A DNA stretch of 64,000 nucleotides from Eledone cirrhosa (Eukaryota), in assembly GCA_964016885.1 (NCBI GenBank), contig OZ024741.1, forward strand, positions 70,804,001-70,868,000, in the 5' to 3' direction. How positions within the stretch are numbered: the stretch's first letter is position 1; each line of letters opens with the position of its first letter. A model generated the notes under the pieces. The model worked only from the letters and a program-made list of their open reading frames with translations. It was not told the DNA's origin and ran no database searches. Below, in pieces: positions 56,213 to 64,000 of this stretch. The translations under genes and the position numbers were made by a program.

Positions 56213-56213
<1 letters not shown>
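53211..56213 (-). mobile_element. RTE-clade LINE, young, 5'-truncated within the APE domain
   Basis: One reading frame from ~56213 to 53499 with a single TAG at 55443-55445; APE GDFN, RT motifs, 3' UTR and (GAT)n tail. Confidence 0.95.
53499..56213 (-). pseudogene. RTE APE-RT polyprotein with a PHD finger inserted in the RT; one premature stop
   Basis: IIAGDFNGHVG, SQLDFIL, SQHSLV, NYRGIKL, FVDLEKAFDRVP, QGSVLSP, YADD, C4HC3 at 54162-54293, YLG, GRPKMTW. Confidence 0.92.
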
Positions 56214-56292
<79 letters not shown>

Positions 56293-56296
56293 AATA

Positions 56297-56887
56297 TACG
56301 TTGGTATGGACACGTGATGCGCATGAAAGTTGATAGCTGTATAACAAAGTGCAGGGCAATAAACATAGACGGTAGCCACGGAATAGGCAGACCTAGAAAA
56401 TCCTGGGACGAGCTGATAAACTCCGACCTCACACACTTACACCTCTCCAAGACAATGTCACTGGACCGAGACCTTTGGCGGTACTCAGTAATAGAGAAGA
56501 CCCGCCTTAACTAAATACATAGTAAAACCTACTACAGCCAGTAGGCATCTCTAACAAAATACACCCCCGTCCCACCACCCACACCCCCATCCACACCACC
56601 CCCTCCTATGTAAAGTTATGTTGGTGCCGCACCATCCAGGCCGAAACAAATGAGATCGTGTAGGTGTCACGACAAAAAAACACACAGTCCACGCTGTAAT
56701 GTGGCCGTGTAGGCAACACGGTAAAAACCTCCCAGTCCCACACTGTAAATGTGGTTGGTGTTAGGAAGGGCATCCAACTGTAGAAAACCTGCCAGACAGT
56801 CCTATGCGAGCAAGACAATCACTCTTGCCTCAAGTGGGAATACCCCCGTCCAAACTCATGCAAGCGTGGAACACGGATGATGATGAT
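56297..56887 (+). mobile_element. RTE 3' fragment
   Basis: RWYGHVMRM..GRPRKSW plus 3' UTR and (GAT)n tail. Confidence 0.9.
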
Positions 56888-57080
56888 ATATATATATTAT
56901 TTCTGTTTGCTTTTTGCATATATTTGCATATATATATATGTATATATATGCAAAAGGCAAACAGAAATAACGAAGCAAACAAATACGTGTTTGTGTGTGT
57001 GTGTGTGTAATCATTCATCATTTAATGTCTGTTATTCCATGTGGGAATGTAATTACTGAAAATGATAAAAAAAAACTTAC

Positions 57081-57149
57081 TTGTTCTGATTGATAATAAG
57101 AAATTCCATGATCTGTGAGTACAAAAAATCTCCGTTTCCAGCTTTTCCG
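57081..57149 (-). CDS. PLEKHA1: PLEKHA1/2-like exon (RKSWKRRFFVLTDHGISYYQSEQ), PH beta2-beta3
   Basis: tcctttag acceptor, gtaagt donor, 69 bp; resembles [22 protein letters not shown]. Confidence 0.95.
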
Positions 57150-57181
57150 CTAAAGGATTAGAAAGATAAGGAATAAAAACA

Positions 57182-57600
57182 ATAATAATGGTTTCTGATT
57201 TAGGCACACAACCAACAATTTTGGGGGAAGGGGAAAGTCTATTAAATCGACTTCAGTGCATTACTGGTACTTTATTTTATTGACCCTGTAAAAATGAAAG
57301 GCAAAACTAACCTCGGTGGGATTTGAACTCGGAACATAAAGAGGCATAACTATATGGCATAAAGCATGTTGTCAGACACTCTACCAATTCTGCCAATCCA
57401 CCCACCTTAAAATAATGGTTTCTGATTTAGGCTCAATGCCAACAATTTTTGGGGAGGGTAAGTCAATTAAATGGACCCCAGTGTGTTACTGGTGCTTTAT
57501 TTTAACAACCACGTAAGGATGAAAGGTAATGTTAACCTTGGTGAGATTTAATTTCAGAAAGTAAAGGGTCGTCACTATATACTGCAAAGCATGGTGTCCT
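57182..57600 (-). mobile_element. Two tandem tRNA-derived SINEs (Meta/MESC-like)
   Basis: Family motifs ggcacac..gcaa/caattt, tactggtactttatttt, gatgaaaggc, gatttgaactc. Confidence 0.85.
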
Positions 57601-57624
57601 ACCATAATAATAATAATAATTATT

Positions 57625-57880
57625 ATGATTTCAAAACTGATAGAGTAATTGAGCATTCCTGACCAGACATTGTCATATTGAACAAGGTAGACAAATACCG
57701 TCAGGTCACTGACATAGCCATATCAAATGACATGAATATTATGAGTAAAGAGGTTGAGAAAATCATCAAATACACAATTTGAAAGTGGAGATGGCAAGAT
57801 TGTTTGGAATGCAAGAGGATAATCTGAAAGTGATACCAGTTGTTATTGAGGCATTAGGGTCAATCCCATTGAACTTTGAA
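57625..57880 (+). pseudogene. R4/Dong-clade retrotransposon, restriction-like endonuclease remnant
   Basis: FKTDRVIEHS*PDIVILNK..TDIAISNDMNIMSKEVEKIIKY../KVEMARLF..KVIPVVIEALGSIP; adjacent to (TAA)n. Confidence 0.75.
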
Positions 57881-57903
57881 TTATTCTTTGCCTTATATGG
57901 TTG

Positions 57904-58075
57904 TATATGAGTTGATAATTGTTTCTACTTTTGGCACAAGGCCAGCAATTATCCCAGTGTATTACTGGTACTTTATTTTATCATCCTTACGGGGTCGATA
58001 AAATAAAGTACCAGTAATACACTGAGATAATTGCTGTCCTTGTGCCAAAAGTAGAAACAATTATCAACTTATATA
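57904..58075. repeat. Inverted duplication of a SINE 3' half plus flank (hairpin)
   Basis: ~79-bp arms with few mismatches around loop 57983-57996. Confidence 0.9.
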
Positions 58076-58107
58076 ATCTACCTTATATATATATATCAAC
58101 AACAACA

Positions 58108-58545
58108 ATAATAATGGTTTCTAAATTAAGCGCAAGTCGTGCAATTTTCTTCTTTTTTGGGGGGTGGGGAAGTTTATATTAACCTCAGTACTTTACTGGT
58201 ACTTTATTTTATCTGCCCTTGGAAGAATGAAAGGCAAAGTTGACCCTGGCTGGATTTGAACACAGAACATAGAAAATCATAACTAATTGCTGCAAAGCAT
58301 TTAGTCCAATGCTCTACCAATTCTGCTAGCCTACCAATCTAACAACAATAATAATAATTGTTTCTACTTTTGGCACAAGGCCAGCAATTACCCAGTGCAT
58401 TACTGGTACTTTATTTTATCGACCCCGTAAGGATGAAAGGCAAAGTTAATCTCGGCAGGATTTGAACTCAGATTGGAAAGGGTCGTAACTCTATGCATCA
58501 AAGCATGGCGTCCGACCCTCTACCGATACTGCCAATCCACCGCAA
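58108..58545 (-). mobile_element. Two tandem tRNA-derived SINEs (Meta/MESC-like)
   Basis: 58352-58542 is a near-complete copy with A/B boxes and (ATT)n tail. Confidence 0.88.
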
Positions 58546-59039
58546 TAATTAATAATAATTTCTCTACAAATTAGCATAGTTGTTAAAGTATAGGACAAAA
58601 TGCCTCCTGCTCCCTGCTTTGAAATCAAATCCTGCTAATGACAACTTTGTTTTCCATCCTTCTGGAGGTGGAGTGGGGGTAATTAAATAAAATACCAGTC
58701 CAGAGTAATGGAATGGTAGATAGAATTGTTAGAACAACAGATAAGACACCTTGTGGTATTTGTTCAGCTCTTTGTATTGAGTTCAAACCCTCTGTGGTCT
58801 ATGTGGATATGAGACTTAATCAGAGCAGACCAGACTAGAATGGTGAATTGGCAGAATCGTGAGAACATCAGAAGAGATGTCTTGTGGTAGTATTTGTTCT
58901 ATGTATCTCTATACATTCTGAATCCCAATCCTGCTGTGGCTTACTTGTATTGTAGATATAATCTATTGCTTGGTTTAACACCACCAGCCTTTGGCCCTTT
59001 AGCAGAGCCCACTTAGTTGCAAGCATTTGAACAACTTCC

Positions 59040-59330
59040 TTCCATCTCACCAATCTAGGAAGCCCTGAAAAGAGTTATGGGTTCTCTCCACCTTCCCTCT
59101 ATTTAACCAGTCATGGAAGCCCTAAAAAGGGTTGAGTACTATGCTTCCCTTCCTCTGTCTCACCAATCTTGGAGGCCCCGAAAAGAGTTATGGGCACTGT
59201 CCCATCTTCACTCCTGCTCAACAATCTTGGAGGCCCTGAAAAAGAGTCATGGGCACTGTCCCTCCTTCACTCTTGCCCACCAGTCTCAAAGGCCCAGAAA
59301 AGGGTTATGAGTATTGTCTTTCCCTCCTTG
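59040..59330. repeat. Minisatellite, ~56-bp unit x5
   Basis: Recurring caccaatcttggaggccctgaaaagagttatgggcactgtcc. Confidence 0.88.
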
Positions 59331-59467
59331 ACTAGACATTTAAAAAAATTATCCATCTATTTACAGTACATCTCTCTCTCCTAGTGTATTCAGCTCTCCA
59401 GCACATACAAAACATGCATTTTAATGCCAGCTGTTTATTCAGCCTTCTCTCATCAACCAATGTCTCT

Positions 59468-59675
59468 CCACTCAACCATTTGACCATACTCAACTAATGT
59501 ATCTACACTCAACCATTTGACCTTACTCAACTCATGTATCTACACTCAATCATTTGACCATACTCAACTCATGTATCTACACATCTACACTCAACCATTT
59601 GACCATACTCAACTCATGTATCTACACATCTACACTCAACCATTTGACCATACTCAACTCATGTATCTACACTCA
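59468..59675. repeat. Minisatellite, 37-45-bp unit x5
   Basis: Recurring actcaaccatttgaccatactcaactcatgtatctac. Confidence 0.9.
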
Positions 59676-60104
59676 TTCAAGACATTTCTTTTCTCAATAG
59701 CATAAGGGACATTTAACTGATAATATAACAGATAGAGAGAGATGGACTGACAAACTGAGATAGACAGAGATATACAAACAGAACGATAGATAGACAAACA
59801 GACTAAAACAGACAAAGAGATAGATTAACAGAAAGAAAGACAAAGACAGACAGAGATAGATTAACAGAGAGAAAGAAAGACGGGCAAAGAGATATATAAA
59901 TTGAGAGAAAGACAGACGGGCAAAGAGATAGATAGACAGAGATAAAGACAGACAGACTCAGTTAGACAAAGAGATAGACAGATAGACAAAGAGATATACA
60001 AACAGAAAGACAGACAAACATACAAACATCCTGTCAAAGTATGGTTTGGAAACTTTGATAACATGAGTTGTTTACAGTTACACCAATGATTAGAATAAAC
60101 TTAC

Positions 60105-60224
60105 CACAGCACCCTGCTTGACAGCATAGCCAGACTTGTGAGCTGCAAGATGGCAAGCTGGGGTACCTCTGCCAGAGACGTTCTCATCACTATCAGCACT
60201 ACCACTTAACTCGTCAGCATTTGT
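60105..60224 (-). CDS. PLEKHA1: PLEKHA1/2-like exon (TNADELSGSADSDENVSGRGTPACHLAAHKSGYAVKQGAV), start of the second PH domain
   Basis: ttacag acceptor, gtaagt donor, 120 bp; KSGYAVKQGAV resembles TAPP1 KAGYCVKQGAV. Confidence 0.95.
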
Positions 60225-60480
60225 CTGTAATTAGATATTACAAATACTATCTAGAAAACAATTTTGTCACTTTTGAAAGTTTACAACAAACAACAATAGT
60301 GTTTTTCTATAAGGAAAGGTCTTGTATATTCCCACATTATTTAGCAAGAAATTAAAAATTATCTAAAACCACTTCTAATAGACGTATCCAAATGGTAATT
60401 TAACACCCAACGTCCTATACAGCATGAAACTGTATTAGCAAGACATTCTTGAAAGATACAAAATAACACTATACATTATA

Positions 60481-60680
60481 TTGATTTCTAATTAAGGCAC
60501 AAGGCCAGCAAATGTGGGGAATGTGCAAGATTGATTAAATCAGCCCAGTACATGACTGGTACTGGGAAGATGAATGGCAAAGTTGCCCTTAGCAGGATTT
60601 GAACTTAGAATGTTAGGAGCCAGAACAAATACCACAATCGAATTTTATTAAATACTTTAATTCTACCAATTTACCACCAC
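60481..60680 (-). mobile_element. tRNA-derived SINE (Meta/MESC-like), decayed
   Basis: ggcacaaggccagcaa...gatgaatggcaaagttg...gatttgaact. Confidence 0.75.
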
Positions 60681-61393
60681 TATGACTACATCATATCAAA
60701 AATTAAATTCTTTATTCCAATACTGTAAATGTTTACAATAATATAATTTTATAAACAAAGATACCATGAACATTTGAAGTAAAACCAATTTTTAAAAAAA
60801 TTATTTAAAACAAGAATCAACAATATTATATCTCTATCTAGGTGGGTTGAAAATGGAATGGAATAGACTTTTATCAAGTTTTAGAAAATATGTGTCTTAA
60901 CTAATTTCTAAATGATTATTAACTTTATTTATTAAACTGGTAGAAACTACGTGTCTAAATTTCTAAATAATTATTAAATTTATTAATAAAAATGTTAAAA
61001 ACTGCATGAGTTTTAAGTTATTTCTAAATAATTACTAACTTTATTTATTTAAATGTTAGAAGTTGTATGTGTCTTAGCTAATTTCTAAATAATTATTATA
61101 ATTACTGTATTTATTTAGATATAAGTCTGTATAATAAAATGTTAGACAATGTATGTTCCTTAGCTGATTTCTAAATAATTGATGCATTCAAAGCCAGATT
61201 AAAACCTTTTGAGACCCAAAGCACATAAAAATTCAGGTCAATCACCCACTTACCCACCAAATATAAATCTGCAATAACATATTTTTTAAATGACAAATAT
61301 ATTTAATTTGAATAAAATGGTGCCCCTCTTTCTTTGATGCCCTAAGTATGTGCTTAGTTTTCTTAATGGTTAATCCATCCTGCATTTAATACA

Positions 61394-61801
61394 TAATAAT
61401 TCTAATATTAGCACCAGGTCAGCGACTTGAGGGAAGGAAAAAGTCAATTATATCAACCTTGGTACTCATCTAGTACTTTATTTTATCAACCACAGAAGGT
61501 TGAAATGGTAATGTTGACCTCAGAACGTAGAAAGTCCTAACTAAATACAGCAGGGTACTTTGTCCAACATTCTAACAACACTGCCAATCCATTGCCCTCA
61601 TTTAATAGATAATAATTGTTTCTACGTTTGGCACAAGACCAGCAATTATCCCAGTGCATTACTGGTACTTTATTTTATCGACCCCGTAAGGATGAAAGGC
61701 AAAGTTAACCTCGGCAGGATTTGAACTCAAACCATAAAGGGCCGTAACTCTATGCTGCAAAGCATGGTGTCCAACCCTCTACTGATACAGCCAATCCACC
61801 G
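61394..61801 (-). mobile_element. Two tandem tRNA-derived SINEs (Meta/MESC-like)
   Basis: 61610-61801 is a near-complete copy. Confidence 0.88.
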
Positions 61802-61842
61802 TTTAATAGATAATAATGCTAAACTTTAAGATAAGAACTGAC

Positions 61843-61959
61843 TTCCTGAGCAATTTTGCAGACCACCCCTCCAGCCACCTGGGTTCGGTAACTTGCTTGC
61901 GACAGGTCCCCATAATGCCACTCCATGGCTTCTTGTTTTTCAGCTTCAGACTTGGGTAC
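61843..61959 (-). CDS. PLEKHA1: PLEKHA1/2-like exon (VPKSEAEKQEAMEWHYGDLSQASYRTQVAGGVVCKIAQE), inter-PH linker
   Basis: tttcag acceptor, gtcagt donor, 117 bp; VPK...SYRTQVAGGV resembles TAPP VPK...SYRTDIVGGV. Upstream exons were not found in the window. Confidence 0.93.
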
Positions 61960-62019
61960 CTGAAATATTAAAAGGGTTAAAATATATTCAGATATTGTAT
62001 AGTCTAAGACACTACAGCT

Positions 62020-62259
62020 ACATAATCATCACTATTATCACCATCAACATCGCCATTATCATCATCACAATTGTTGTCAATATCATTAATATCATCATGA
62101 TTATCATCATTATTATTACTATTACCAGCCTTACCATTATCATCAATATCACTATTATCATCATCATCACCATCATTATTACCATCATTTTCATCATCAC
62201 AATCACTATTATCATTATCATCATTTTCCTTTCTATGAAAGTTGCTCAGAAGTAAAATA

Positions 62260-62348
<89 letters not shown>
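62020..62348. repeat. (ATC)n-like and (GA)n microsatellites
   Basis: Seen directly (ATC-like 62020-62225; GA 62264-62348). Confidence 0.95.
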
Positions 62349-62350
<2 letters not shown>

Positions 62351-62678
62351 GCCTGCATAAGTATCAAGTAAACAGTACTATACTTGTTACATAATAGCCC
62401 TTATATGGTGTAATTGGCATTTATTACTATAATAACCATAGTTAGTAGTGCTATATAATATACACAAGATTGACAACAATTAGGCTGTTGTCTACTTCAG
62501 CTTAATTATGGAAATGTTACTTCGATAATATCGGAATTCAAGAGACAAGAAAAAGGATGAGAATTAGTTTTCCCCACAAATCTTACTGCAAGTCGAAAAC
62601 AGATTTTGTATAAGATCTATTTGAGTTTTTATATATATATACATGTGAAGGCGCATGGCTTAGTGTGTGTGTGTGTGT

Positions 62679-62721
<43 letters not shown>

Positions 62722-62728
62722 AATATAT

Positions 62729-63168
62729 GGAGGCACATGGCTTAGTGGTTAGAGCATTGGCCTTGCAATCAAAAGGTTGTGAGTTCAATTCTCAGACCGG
62801 GTGATGTGTTGTTTCCTTGAGCAAGACACTTTATTTCACATTGCTCCAGTTTACTCAGCTGTAGAAATGAGATGATAGGACTGGGGTCCCTATCATTCTA
62901 CTGCAAAGTAGTCGTGGAGGTGCCACGGCAAAAAAAAAAGCACCCAGCCCACACTGTAAAATGGACGTGTAGGCGCTATGGAAAAAAAGCACCCAGCACT
63001 CACTGTAAATGGGGTTGGTGTTAGGAAGGGCATCCAGCCGTAGAAATCAAGCCAGAATCAGTTCCCATATGAGCAAGAGAAGGTCAGCCGACCGGACACT
63101 GCCCTCAACAGGACAACCCGTCTAACCCATGCTAGCGTGGAAGAATGGACGTAAAACAGTGATGATGA

Positions 63169-63172
<4 letters not shown>
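62729..63172 (+). mobile_element. tRNA-derived CORE-type SINE with full RTE-derived 3' tail
   Basis: A/B boxes, CORE-like segment; the last ~280 bp closely match the 3' UTR of the RTE at 53211-53465. Confidence 0.9.
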
Positions 63173-63211
<39 letters not shown>

Positions 63212-63212
<1 letters not shown>

Positions 63213-64000
63213 CTGAGAGTGAATATAGCTAAGACAAAAGTGTTGATAAGTATAAAAGAGGACAAAACTCTAATTCCATCAGGGAAATGGCCATATTCGA
63301 TATGTAGAAAAGGAACTAGCATAAATTCTAAAATGTACGCAATGCAGATCTTGGGTACACAAGAGATGTAATGGGATAGCAAGCAAACCAACAGGTAGGG
63401 AAAACTATGTATGCAGTAGATGTACAGGGAAATTTGACAGTAGTAATCGCAGTGATAGACACATTTTTCAAATGCAGGTGGGTTCTATAGAAGTGGTTGA
63501 TAGTTTCCGGTACTTAGGTGATCAGATTAGCATGGGAGGGGGCGTATTCCGAGGCCATAGTATCTAGAATAAGGATGAGTTGGAAGAAGTTTAGGGAGCT
63601 GCTTCCTGCGTATGAAAGGACGGTTATATGATGCCTGTGTGAGATGCGCGATGCTGCATGGTAGTGAGACATGGGCAGCAACTACAGAGGTTATGCGACG
63701 ACTGGAGAGAAATGAAGCAAGCATGCTCTGTTTGATGTGAAATGTCAATGTGCGTGAATGACCAAGCATAGATGAGTTGAGAGAGAAACTGTGTATAAGA
63801 GGGATACGTTGTGGGCTGCGGGAGAGAAGACTGAGATAGTATGGACATGTGATGCACATGGAGGATGACCACTGGGTAAAGAAGTGTCAAGAAATCCCAG
63901 AAGAAGGAAGACACAGTAGAGGAAGACCACGCAAAACATGGGCGGGGGTGGTGAAGCTGAAGCTCACGGAGGAGATGACGAAGGACCGTTACAAGTGGAT
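63212..64000 (+). mobile_element. RTE-clade LINE fragment (divergent subfamily), running off the window
   Basis: RVNIAKTKVL, PSGKWP, FRYLGD, AMLHGSETW, GRPRKTW with frameshifts. Confidence 0.88.

Noticed and set aside
59040-59675. CRISPR-like regularly spaced repeats
   Set aside because: Tandem minisatellites without unique spacers; eukaryotic context; no cas genes.
62350-62625. Next upstream exon of the PLEKHA-like gene (end of the first PH domain)
   Set aside because: No frame with a PH C-terminal helix and matching splice sites; probably lies beyond the window.
62729-62800. tRNA gene
   Set aside because: A/B boxes continue into CORE and RTE tail sequence, so it is a SINE head rather than a tRNA.

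Overview
This is AT-rich eukaryotic (metazoan) DNA saturated with repeats. The SINE families, RTE LINEs and multi-kb (TA)n tracts suggest a coleoid cephalopod, probably Octopus (inference). One host gene is present: the 3' part of a PLEKHA1/2 (TAPP)-like tandem-PH-domain gene on the minus strand, with 7 short GT-AG exons between 38494 and 61959 that the ORF track misses. The rest is mobile DNA. There are three Penelope-like retroelements (PLEs; RT plus C-terminal GIY-YIG, CxCx5C linker, probably Hydra clade), one with an intact ~813-aa ORF. There are also a CR1-type LINE, RTE LINEs with a PHD finger inside the RT, CRE and R4/Dong endonuclease remnants, a hAT remnant, tRNA-derived SINEs and a 5.5-kb triplet satellite. 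The most striking unannotated signal is a dense set of type I hammerhead ribozyme (HHR) motifs: about a dozen complete ones and several halves, including U3-A8 and U4C core variants. Most sit in short PLE-end fragments inserted in (TA)n. Many are fold-back palindromes whose turning point lies in or beside the ribozyme, and two copies 19 kb apart share an identical junction. A short motif (consensus RYATTGAGTRCT) recurs downstream in otherwise unalignable families. All folding was done by eye, and activity is untested. Nearly all long ORFs in the track other than the transposon ORFs are microsatellite artefacts.
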